A stretch of 63,775 bases of DNA, counting the filler, from Neolecta irregularis DAH-3 (Eukaryota): NCBI GenBank assembly GCA_001929475.1. It is 5 parts of 5 records of this genome, joined end to end, with 100 filler letters (N's around TTAATTAATTAA, not from the genome) between each part and the next. Parts side by side here need not be neighbours in the genome. Positions count along the whole stretch, not along the records: positions 30,441 to 58,894 come from LXFE01000146.1; 4 more parts are not named here. One strand, given 5' to 3'. The first letter of the stretch is position 1. Every line of letters begins with the position of its first letter. Position numbers and translations under genes: made by a program. The notes under the pieces were generated by a model. It did not search any database. It had not been told where the DNA came from and saw only the letters and a program-made list of their open reading frames with translations. Below are positions 37,909-50,106 of this stretch, piece by piece.

Positions 37909-39825
37909 TTTTCCCTTCAACTGTTGGTTCAAAAGATCCACGACTTCAAAGAGAAGATATGGAGGTTAAGTCTTAAAGAATCGACTGGCACGTTATGAAT
38001 TGGTAAATCGGCGTTATCTCGACAACCAAGTCGGATCCAAGTAAAGGGCGAAGTGTGATATGAGTATAAGCAATCCCAAAAACTGATGAGTCAGTGGAGA
38101 ACTAAAGGTAGGTACTACACTGATCGCAATTAGCTGTATCAAAGCTCTGCAATTGCAATGCACGACTAGAAATCGATACAAAGACGTTGCAGTTCGGTTG
38201 GTTCATGTAGAAATTCACACGCAAAAGAATCTAGTTCTGGAGCCAGGTGGTGTTCTTGACAATGACATTAGGTACAATGTTCGATCAGCCTATTATGCTC
38301 CAGGAGATCAAAAGCTGTACCATTCCCGCTTCGGTTTAAATACGACAATGAGTAAAGAAATCGGCTGTCTATCCACTTTACCATCCGGGAAACACACCAG
38401 AAAGAAATACAAGTATAGCGATCAATTTAGATTCCCGACACCTTTCCTTAATTCCTGCAGAAAGTTCTTCTTCCCATCTTTTAAAATACCATCTAAACCA
38501 TTAAGCCATGAAAAGAAAAAGAAAACTTGCTTTGCTTTCCCCATGCCGGTGCCGCAGTCTTCCATTCCCCTCCTTCGCAGGCATAAAGTGTTGGCTTATC
38601 TATCAATATCAGTTCTTAATTCTGGTCTGCTGAATGACCAGGCCCATTATACTGAGGATTTATAGCCTTGTTATATGCTTCAAGATACCCTGAAAAATCA
38701 ACAATATGTTTGCCTATTGGGCGAACCTTTGTTCAAAAAGTCCTTCACTTCATTTGAATTGAAATTCTTTACACTACTGTGCTCCTCCTGGACCACTTTT
38801 TGCCCCATTCCGTTTCGATTATGTTTGGAAGGTCCTGCGTTGTCAGTGCTACGTGTAAGGTCAGCCTATAACTTACCCATCGACGATTTCCGACGATGAT
38901 GATTATAGCCGTTATTACCTCCCCGAGCGAGGACTGGCGGTCTATAGAATCAAATTTATGTGAGCAAAGAGGCGAGTACCGAGAATCCGAGTTGTCGCGG
39001 GTTGGCATAAAAAATGCGATTCCACTGTGGAGACTGGAGGGAAGAATTTCCACCAGCGCTGATGGTTATGGTTTTTGCGAGGATTTTGCTTATTACTTTG
39101 TTATACAGGATATCGGATATCTATATGTATATACAAGAACCGGGTTTATAACGCATTGCGACTGGGATAGACGTATATAGAATGCCGTGTGTGATTAAAG
39201 AAAGTAATCCATCCGCCGAATATGGTTTTGTACAAGATAGCGAAAGTCAAAACAGGGAAGACGAGACTAAAGTGTTGTGAGACCGGGAATAACAGGCGGA
39301 TGAACACAGCACTGTATTACTTCTACATTATATATGCAAAGAAAACATAGAAAACGGACTCGAGAAATACACCTACCTGAGCGGACGGTAGATCAACGAC
39401 ACAAAACAGAAAAAGCTGAGGCAAAACTGGTTTTCACTGGCTGTATATATCCACAGCTGGTGTTTCACTGGATTTATGGATGACACTGAGAAAAATGCAT
39501 TTGCTGATAATGATCTACGCGGGTCAGCAGAACAAGCCACATTACCTATAGCAGGGACGGGGTTGTCTTTTAGGGCGCGGTCAGGAGTGTCAACGGAAAT
39601 GATGAGTTGAGTTATATGGTATATACTTGACGGAGGAAACATATCGATCTACCGCTTCAAACGAGCTGGAGCTGTATACTGGGGTTTTACGAAGACTGGT
39701 CAACGTTGTATAAACTCGAGAAAGAATTGATGATAAACAAGTACAGAAAAAGTAGAAGTTGCGAAGGTCGCTGATTACCGTCTCCATAGTACGAAGGATA
39801 TTGAGAATTTTTGTTTGCACAAGGA

Positions 39826-40785
39826 CTACCGCCTGTCGTAGTATCCACCGCGATCATCTCTGTCGTATCGTGCATAACTAAACAGGTCAAAATCAATAGA
39901 GTTTTAATACAAGACAAGTTACCTCGAATAAGAACGGTCTCGCTCCTCAAAGCCGCCTCGTCGGTCATCAAACCGTTCGTAGCCACCTCGTCGGTCATCA
40001 TAGCGATCTCGTCGTTCATAGCGATCATATCCGCGGTCGTAACCTCGGTCATAGCCACCTCGTCGAAAGTCTCCGCGGTATCCTCGACGAGGCGCGCCAT
40101 ATTCGGCTAAAATTCAGCACTCTGAATACCGAGAAAGAAAAACGTTGTTTAATAGGCCCATGGTAAAACCCAGGAGTAGGAGTTCTAGGACGACAACGTT
40201 TAGCCTTGTCGACACTTACTTGTCAGAGAGATTCATCGATAATAGACCTACCTCACAACACGACCATATCGCTCCTCACCAGTGATTCCTTCGCGCGCGG
40301 CGTCAGCTTCAGCACTGGTTGCCATACAAACGAAGCCAAATCCTCGAGACTCCTTGGTGTGCGGATCGCACATAATTTGGCACTTTTCAACTTTGCCATA
40401 TTTGGAAAACATTTCTTCAAGCTCTTGCTCATCCATTCGAGAAGCGATTCCAGTGACAAAAAGATTTGTTCCTGCGTTTGGAGCTTCCTCGGCTTGACTG
40501 ACAGATGAATAACGGTGGTTGTGGCAAGAGGTGACGTACCCAGAATTTCCATACCCGTTTCGAGCAGGCGAACGTTCCCGTCGATCGTCTCTTCGGTTTG
40601 CTCGAGGTGATCTGTCTCGATCACGTCGTGGCGGGCTTCGCCTCGAAGCTGGCGAGGCTGAGCGGTTTTGCATGCGAACATCTTCTCGATCCCATTCCGT
40701 GGCGCCTGCTACAGCGTAAAAAGTCGTGTTCAATCAGAAAGCGCTAACCATTCGGAGCACGTCTATCATCTTCCCAGTCGGCCAT
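39826..40785 (-). CDS. Tra2/SR-like single-RRM RNA-binding protein (6 exons)
   Basis: RS-rich N-terminus (RSASPASRRSPPRR), RNP2 NLFVTGI, RNP1 ESRGFGFV, VDKAKRCRPRTPTPG, and an RGGYD/DDRGGY-rich tail. Confidence 0.9.
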
Positions 40786-41152
40786 AATGGTTACAATATT
40801 CGATGAATAGCGGCCGGTGGTTAGGGAAGAGGATGGGGGTTGGAAACAGAAACAAAGGGGAGATGCCGCGTTTTGCCTGGTTTATATCGATTTAGCGGCA
40901 GGGAGTAGGCCAAAGACCGCTAATTAGTACGTTCATCCGAACTGATCACAATTTCATTACATACCACGCAGCTGTACGTGATGGGCCTACGAATCTACCT
41001 TAGTACATTATCACGAGGGCAATCATCTCATATATATTCACGACTTGATCGGTTTCGATTATACTAAATCGTCGATAAGGTGGGAGGAAACCTTCTGTAT
41101 TTAGATAGAATATGTGTAACTTCTGCACAAAATGTGAAAACAGTAAAAGTCA

Positions 41153-44100
41153 TTAACTGCCTAATGCATATATATCTTCAGGTTTCTTCTGTAACGACTT
41201 GATCTCTTTCGCGATAGCGACAAGGGTCTTCTCGACTTTACGAATTACATTATTCCGGTTCCAATCACTGCGATAACGCCATACTGCGTCCATACACCCC
41301 GCATTAACTTGTTCCAATTGTTCAACTGAAAATCCTATGGTGAGGTCTGCAAAAGTCCGATGTAACTGACGCAAAATGTTCCGATCTATCTCAAGATCCG
41401 GTTTCGGAGATGGTGGAGATGGCGTTGGATCTTTTGGTACTGGAAATACTACAGATGGATTTGGGTCAATTGATGAATCGCCTTTGATTTTTTCCTCGGG
41501 GACTGGTTGTTCAATAAGTGCGGGAGCTATATTTATCAACATGTGATTGAAAAAGATATGCCTACCTGGAACGATAGGAATAACGTTATTGTTTGGAGGG
41601 TCATCAACGCGTATCACTTGCGATGCAGGTTCATCGTCTCCTGCCTTGCTCAATACCGAGGTTTGACCAGTACCAAGTTGATCATTCGGCGGAAAGAAAA
41701 TTTCGCCGGCGCCATTCGGCTTTTGTTGATCGGTCTCTGGTTCTTCATCTTGCATAATGACGTCGTTATTATGATCCGCAACTTGCTCATTGTTTCCTAT
41801 ATCAGCTTCTACGGCCTCCTCAAGCTCCTTGCGATAGGATTCGTTATATTTACTCCGGCGATCAATCTCACGTTGTTCTAAGCGAGAGTATTCAGTCATG
41901 GAATGCTCGTCAAACGCGTCATCGAATGACCATTCAACGTTGTGGTACATTTGTTTTGCCTGAAACCGTCAACTAGGATTCAGACCAAAATGATATTATA
42001 CCTTTATAGCATTCTCTCGATTCCCAGATATTTCAGCATCTTCAACAATCAGTTTTATATCATTCAAGAACCCCTTTGGATGAATGTAGAAGCCATTCCA
42101 AAGACGTTCTTCAATGACATCGAGACTCATTCCGTGATAAACTTTTCCAGTTGCGTTCTCCATGAATTTTCCGTCTTCAAGACGGGTGATTACTGCCATC
42201 TGGGAAGCTGGGTTATCGGTATCGGGGCCGAAAGCTTCGCTAAGATCGCCCACAGGAGTGGGCTCAATTTGATTAACCTTATCAAGATCCTAGCCCATTA
42301 ACGTGACAACTCGAACAATTCAGACAATACAATCAGGGGTTTTTTAAATTTCCGATTCGAGGGTTGTTGTTTAATTAGATGTAAAAACGATGATAATCTC
42401 TGCTTTAATAAACGCTTGAGCTGAGGATCTTTGTTTCCTAATGCTCGAAGCTCTTTAGGGGTAAACACCTTATTTTGATCCTCAATTCCAACTACCTGCA
42501 ATTCCTCAAGAATTCGAGGTTTGCGTTTTACAGCATCAGGGAGCGACGTCGGTGCAGCTGCAATGTAACCGATTAGTGAGTTAAAATAGTTTACTATCAT
42601 ATCCTACTATAATCAGCCGTGAAATCTACCAGGCAATGCACCCTCGTTGGCGATGATACTTCCACCCTCCCAAGCATTGAATACCCAAACCAATTTTTGA
42701 CGTGCGGGTGAAGTTCATCAATATCACAATCAGCGAATCCCAGTAAAAGAACACTATCGGCTGGTCCCAAACTGCGTAACAATGTCGAGAAGGTACTTCG
42801 AATAGTCTCGCTGACTGCTTCGTACCAAATGTCTAACCCAGCAATGAATAAGACAGAGGGCTTATGACGACGAACTTCGACGAATGCCTGTATCAATGCG
42901 GCCTCTGGGGTCTGAAGACTCAGAAATGATCCAAAAGTAAACTTTACCCTGGAGGAGTCGCCCATCAAAAATCCCAGATCAAGGCTTTGAACATGATAAC
43001 CTTCGAAAAAATGGAGCGCTGCTGCCGCAAGATATCGTTGCCCCATTCCCGATTGCCCATAGATGAGTAAACGGGGCCTAAATACCCTTGACGCTTCGAA
43101 TCCTACCTTGTCAATATAGGACTATCGGACATAGTTTACTCTGCAGCAGGGTCTCGCGTTCAAAACCATCTTCGCCTTCTTCTTCAAACATTGATTCTTC
43201 AAGAACAGTTTTTCTCTTCTGTTCAGGGAGCATGCTGGCCAATGAAGACTTGATACTTTCGAACGTTTCACCAAGAAGGGGTGTAATGTGGTCAGGTAAC
43301 GGTGCAGCTCCAGAAGTGCTACTTCTCTCTGACGAAGGCACAATTTCTGCAGATTAAAGATATTCTCATATGTGAACTTACTTCTAATTGCCGTCATGAA
43401 ATCTCTTGCTTTCACCTCAATATTCGCGGTATCAATTTTCAGCTTGTCCACGGTCGAGTATATTTGAGGATACCGCCTCTGAACTGCATTCAATGCGGCT
43501 TCCGTGCAAAGTGCCCGGAGATCGGCGCCTCCATAGCCTTTTGTTAACTGGGCCAACTCCTTCTTGAAGTCCTCAGAGAGTGGTGGATCCCACCCTTTCG
43601 TATGAATATCAATGATTCCCTTTCGCGCAGTAATTTCAGGTAACGGAAAATAAAATTCTCGGTCGAAGCGGCCCGGCCGTCGTAGTGCCGAATCAACGCT
43701 ATCAGGACGATTTGTTGCACCGATTACAATTACTTGCCCCCGACCGTCCATCCCGTCCATTAAAGCAAGCAAAGTTGAAACTATTGATGCATGGATTTGT
43801 TCTTGTTTCGATGATCGAACGGGCGCAAGACCTTGCAATGAATTATACTTCACTCAGGGAAAACTACCGTCGATTTCATCAAAGAATATGATACTTGGTT
43901 GAGTAGCCTTTGCCTCTTCGAATAATAGTCTGAGTTGTCGTTCTGCTTCCCCGACCCATTTCGATAGACAATCCGCTCCTTTACGCATATAGAAGCTAAT
44001 GTTTCGGCCTTCAGTTGAACAACTGGCAGCGAGAGCTCGTGCCATAAGTGTCTTGCCTGTCCCTGGAGGTCCATGGAAGAGAACTCCACGCGGCGGTGTG

Positions 44101-45564
44101 ATATGGAACTTTTGAAATATCTCAGGATAAAGGAGGGGAAGAGTAACCATTTCTTTCAGCTGGTTGATATCAAGAGGTAAGCTTGAGAAGAAGAGAAAGA
44201 GACATACGATCGCTTAGACCGCCCACGCTTTCAAAGGATACATTTGCATCGACACCGAGGGGATCCGTATCAGCAAGGTCTATCGGTTAGTTCAAAGCTG
44301 AGGTTACATACTATTGATGTTCTTCACTCTACCAAGATTTGCAGGGGTTCCCTGTGTTATATGAGCAGGTGTAAGTCCCAGAGCATTCCCCCGTTTAAGC
44401 TCATCGTCCTAGCAGTCAATAATGTTTACTGGCGAGAAGCACACCGAGCTATCATACCCTGGCATTGCGCCAAACCCACTAACCGTCCCGAAAAAGCTCT
44501 TTGACAACCCAGAAGTGCGACTTTTTGAAGGGCCGCCTAATCCCATGTTTTGCATGTTATCATCCGCAGGAGGGATATAATAATTGACTTGTTTTCGTCT
44601 TCTTAGTTCTACTTGACGTTGTTGATTTCGCCTTGGTCGATCATTTAATTCTGCAATCTCATCGTCTAAAGTTTCGTATTCTTGAAGAGCAGCTCGTGTT
44701 CGTGCACGAGTCTTTCCACGGGGCAATATTTCATGGTCAACAAAGTTGTTTGGTTCAGGAGAAGAGGTTTCAAGATCCAAAGCATCAGGATCGCCTGAAT
44801 TATTATCCTCTTGGTATGACTCTTCTGAAGAGTCTGAAGTTGCTCGCTTGCGCGGTGGGCGGCGATTTCGAATGAGTCGCTGGCGAGATCTTCCTGCTTG
44901 TCGCTCTGACATCGGCTGCTTGCGGGATGGTTTCTTAGTTCCCCGGTGAAGTCTTGGAGGTTTTGGAGCCGAATAATCCGATATATCTTCCCGGAGATTA
45001 TCTTCTTCTTGCTCCTCTTCTTCTTCGTCAAAATCATCTTCATCTTTGATAACAACTGATGCGCGTGATTTTCGCTTTTTGGGGTGTATTTTATCTTCAA
45101 CGTTAAAGTGCGATTCCTCTGTTGCAACAGGGTGCAACAGAGAAGATCTTCGAGACTCTTCCTCTGGTTCCGTGCTATCTCTTTGGGCGCTTCGTAATTT
45201 AGCCGGCGACACTTTCAATTTGATGACATTCCCCCAGCGTTTCGACACTTCGATTTGTTCATCCGAAATTTCTTCAAAGTCGGAGGACCCAGAGCTTTCA
45301 GCATAAATCTTCCGGTCCCGTTTTCGCAAAGAATGACCGCCACTGGTCTCGACAGAATCCAAACTTTGACGATTCCTTGAATCAGTGCGCTTGCGTTTCC
45401 TAGTATCTGGCATTAGATGTTTCTGAGCCCCGATCTATGCCTTGTTCGCAGTTAGCGACCGGCATAAAGAGTCGCGATACCGGTATGATATCGACTTTGT
45501 CCTTGGAAAAGTCAGCATCGTGAAGACCCAAAGTACATACCAATGAGCCGTTGGCAATAACCAT
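41153..45564 (-). CDS. YTA7: Bromodomain AAA+ ATPase histone chaperone Yta7/Abo1/ATAD2 (start 45564 or 45413)
   Basis: LADTDPLGVD, VGGLSDHINQLKEMVTLPLLYPE, GVLFHGPPGTGKT, MRKGADCLSKWVGEAERQLR, FFDEIDGLAPVRSSKQEQIH, LRRPGRFDREFYFPL; second AAA domain and non-canonical bromodomain. Confidence 0.96.
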
Positions 45565-46512
45565 AACCCGTTAGGACAAGGTCGCAGGTCGACTATAATC
45601 GAGGGGTAAGCGAGGTGGTGTTGTGGTAAAATTGAAGTGCGGTCACCCTTCCTACGTATATGTCGCTCACTCTCAGTCCTCCGGTCAGCAGAAAAAGAAC
45701 GTTATCTGCATCGCCTCTATCTAGGATACCGTTATCATCTAGATGCGTTATATTCTGCCCGAAGAGCATGGACTTCGCCATGAGATCTGGAAGAAAAGGA
45801 TATTAAAGAACATCAAGATAAACTGATTTGGTGGAGTGGAAAGCTGGAGTTTGCGTCATATCAAGGCTAGGAAATGAGATAAAAGATATCGTGAACTGAG
45901 TATCTGATATTTCGCCCAATCACTAAATAAACACAATATCTCCAAAGTGAAAAATCCAGCATTAACATATGCCTGCTTGGAAGCACAATCCTTATTCTTC
46001 CTAGTGTATAACTGGGATTCCAGCGTTGTTGATGACGCAGCTCGCAGTGAATTCGCGCTCGACTGAATGGCAGAGTACAGCTTCAACCTCTCCACTCGCG
46101 TCTCTACTTGCCTCTTATCATCGCATCCAACTTGTTGGAACTGTTGGAAATTACCATGGTATTGCCGCACAATTCTATGATTTCTAGAAAACTGCGCCTA
46201 CATGCTCTAGCACTGAATATAAATATCATTTCTTTGCGTCCTAGACTCTGCTTGCAAGAAGCTACGGGAAATCCATAAAGATATGGCACAAAACACCGGG
46301 CTATTATATTTCCAGTGGGCATATAGCAGTGAGTATGAGTATCTCCGTAAGCTAGTTACTCTGGTATGTATCGTCATAACACATTGTACAGTTGATTGAA
46401 TGCCAATTTTGTCTTTTTAGTACATCTCTCATCATGACGGGAACTCTGAAAACCCAGAAGCACATGATCTGCAATGAGTGAGACCAGGGAGGGCAGAGGG
46501 TTGACCCATTCC

Positions 46513-46983
46513 CAGTATGTCCAACTGCCCGCCGAGGAGGTCTAAACCGCCCACCCGCCGGAGAGTGTTCCTGCAGGCGGTTGTGCGGTTGTGCGGGTTG
46601 TATAAAAGGAACAGAGTGATAAAGTGTATGGCATGGTATTTTGCCACAAAATTGATGTTAAGCGTACTGCGTACGCATATATGCTTACTACATTTCTACT
46701 TCTATAACTCTATTACGTTATTCTAATGCACTGTGTTGTTCTTGCCTTTTTGTTAGTTAAAGTCCTTTCCATGAGGAGAAATAATAGCAACTGAAGAAGT
46801 AGCCAGATGAAAATCAATTGTGTTAGCAATATTTGTTATTTTTAGTAGGTGCGAGATTGCGAACTTCAAGTCTGAACCACAAAATGTTATCAGACTCTAT
46901 AAATTAGTAATTCCTGCGGCAGGCGGCAGGTTTTAGTCACCCGCCCGGCGGAGGCGGGGTCGGGCGGGCAGTTTGGCACACTG
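46513..46983 (+). mobile_element. Non-autonomous hAT element, CCCGC-repeat family
   Basis: TIRs CAGTATGTCCAACTGCCCGCC and GGCGGGCAGTTTGGCACACTG; flanks CCCATTCC/TCCATCCT (5/8); shares internal GCCAGAT..AAATCA..TTAGC segment with 16415-17072. Confidence 0.85.
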
Positions 46984-47555
46984 TCCATCCTTCATCGTTA
47001 CTCACTCACTACCTTTGAAACACATAAATCGGATGAGATCCATTTTACACAAGCACCTTAAGCTGAACCTAAAAACAGCTCTCCAAATTTTCTGAAACCG
47101 CGGGACTTGATACTAATCCGCTGATACCAAAACCACCTAGATTTAACTAGGGAGAAAGGGGCCTCATATAATACATATTCTGAAACTGACTCGAATACAT
47201 GATTTATATTAAGAATGAGGATGGGTTCAAACAACCTAAAGCGCTGGATATGGTGTGTATTGTTTTAATATTGGTAGTAAGATCACCAGGGTAGTACCTC
47301 GAGATACCTACGTGGAGATATGGGCAATCACTGGGTGTGGGACTGCTGTCGCCTTCGGTATTACGAGCGAGGTCATTCAAATCGCTGTTTCGAGCTAGGC
47401 ACTATCTACACCGTTCCAAATCTGGCCGTGGATCGAAATATCTGTCATCCTACGCGATCGTTGCCAGGCAAATTCGAGATAAGATAAATCAAACCATATC
47501 TACTCATCAAATCCCCACTATCATCTTTCCTCTCCTCTTTTAAACACTGTTTGCA

Positions 47556-49495
47556 ATGTCTGATTCAATCGTCGCGGTCCACCCAACACACGAACCGACG
47601 GATGAGGAATTACTCGCAGATCTTGGGTACAAACAGGAACTAAGACGGAATTTCTCCTTCATTGAGGTTTTTGGGCTGGCCTTCAGCATCATTGGGCTGG
47701 TTCCGAGCATTGCAAGTACCTTGGTTTATGTAGGTCTCCCAAATCCAAATCCCAAATCGGGGAAATACCCTCACTATTTTAAGAACTGAAGCGCAGTGTC
47801 GTTTTTTAGCTCTAATATTGTCTTATACTGATGTCAGTAGTCACTGCCTGCTGGGCCGGTAGGATTAACTTGGGTATTATTTTTCGATCTCAATCTGTTT
47901 CTGCGCCAACTACACACAGGGTTGGCTTTTGCCTTCATTCTTCATCTCTTTAATTGGTATCGCAATGGGAGAACTTGCATCGTCAATGCCAACAAGCGGC
48001 GGCCTTTATTTTTGGTCTTTCCAGCTCTCACCTCCACCAGTTAACCGTCTATTATGTTTTGTTGTGGGTTATAGCAACACCCTGGGAATGTTAGCCGCCT
48101 TAGCTTCGGTCGATTGTACCTTTACTAGTATCTTATGATTGCTGATTATCTAGGGGGAGCTGCAGTTATGATTTCTGCTTGCATCTCAATTGCAAAAGAT
48201 GGCTCATGGAAGGCCACGGATGGCCAGCTCTATGGAATCTATATCCTCATTCTCATCTCTAATGCAATGATATGCTCGATCGCAACAAAAGCAATGGCTC
48301 GTGTGCAAAGTGCTTTTATAATTTCAAATCTGGCTATGATCATTGCGATCTTTATTATCTTTCCAGCTAGTGGGCGAAATAGGAATTCAGCACATTATGT
48401 ATTTGGACACATCGACAATTTGTCGACTTGGAGTTCTGGATTCAACTTTTGCTTGGCTTGGCTAACTCCTGTTTGGACTATGTATTCCCCATCTTCTCCA
48501 AGAAGAGGAATAATTATGCAGAGCATCTTTCGATTCATGTGTCCATATCTCCGAGGAAGCTACGAATGCTGCCAATGCAGTTCCTTGGGCCATTTTTCTC
48601 GCTACTTCGGTATCTGGAATCCTTGGATTTTTGATCAACATAGTTATTGCATTTTATATGAAGTCCGTACCCAGCTCAACTCATTGCTCATCATTAGTCC
48701 TAATGTCGAAGCTCTTGTAAATTCTGATTTTGGCCAACCATTAGCTCAAATTATTTTTGACGCCTTGGGAAAGCGAGGCGTCTTGATTATTTTTGCGTTT
48801 CTATTCTTGATTCAGTATTCAATGGGTGCATCAGTTGTAGGTCATTCTCCTCATATTCGATCTAACGTCAAAGTTGATCGGTTCGTCTCGGCAAATGTGG
48901 GCATTTTCCAGAGATGGAGCGCTTCCTTTCAGCGAATTTCTCAAGAAAATCAATCGTGCCACGGGCACTCCAGTTATTACTACGTGGGCTAGCGTATCTT
49001 GCGCAAGCGCTTTGGGACTATTATGTCTTATTGGACCAAGCGCCCAAGGTGCTTTATTCTCACTAAGCATCGTTGGATTGTATCCTGCTTATCTTATTCC
49101 AAGTACGCATTCATCTCGTCTGATAATAACTTGAAGTGGTATGTCGATTACTCTGGCCAAAAAGCTTCGCTCCTGGACCATTTCATCTTGGCATCTTTTC
49201 GAAACCGATACATGCTGTCGCCGTGAGTTTTATGTTATTTATCTGCGTAATTTTCGAATTTCCATCTAGTGGTCCAAATCCCAATGCAGAAGATGCAAAT
49301 TACGGCATCATAATATTAGGGGCAGTTTTCGGTGGAAGTTTATTATATTGGTGGTTTCCGACATTTGGAGCCAAACACTGGTTTACTGGACCAAGAATCA
49401 CTTTGGACGCAAAAGAAGTGGATTACTACAGGTCGGAAGTGATTGCTCAAGACCAAAAAAATCTAAATGTCGCTGCCCATGGACTTATGCTATAG
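47556..49495 (+). CDS. APC-family amino acid/GABA/polyamine permease (UGA4-like), 8 exons
   Basis: LADLGYKQELRRNFSFIEVFGLAFSIIG, GELASSMPTSGGLYFW, SFDSCVHISEEATNA, SSRQMWAFSRDGALPFS, PGPFHLG, WFTGPR. Confidence 0.94.
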
Positions 49496-50106
49496 AATGT
49501 CTGAATATCGCTTGCCATGAAATTGCTGCTATATAATGATGCTTCAGTGGATTGAAATTCGAATATTATAACATGCTGTCTTGATAGTTATCAAGAATGA
49601 TAATGTGTCAACTGTTGATTGTGTGAAGTACCCAAGTTGATATATCATACTATTCCTGTCGGACGAGAGATGGTGAGGAGGACTGTCTTGAAGATAGAAG
49701 AAATAAGAAATATCATTCAAATACCTCGGACTTTGGATGGTTAATTAACTGCTTGATAGCTATAACAGTAAATTGTATGAAGTTCTGCAAACACAAATAA
49801 CTCTAAAATAGGGTTCTAGCACAGCGCCTGAAGATTGTGTTCTTACAATCTAGTTCAAATCAGTAGTGGCGACAAGAAAAGCGATGCATTTCAAAAGACA
49901 AATTTTGCTCAAAATATTATGTTGAACAAATTTTTATTTTCTTTAGTTATGCTCCGGTTTGCCCTGGATATCCTGAATGAGTTTGTGGCCAGGCCCTGAT
50001 CATGCTCGGTGGAGGTTCCGATCCTCGGCGAATCAGTCAACCTCCCGTTGTAAATCATTAGCAACGTCGAACCAGACCATTGAACCCGTCTATTTTTCCA
50101 ATTCCA

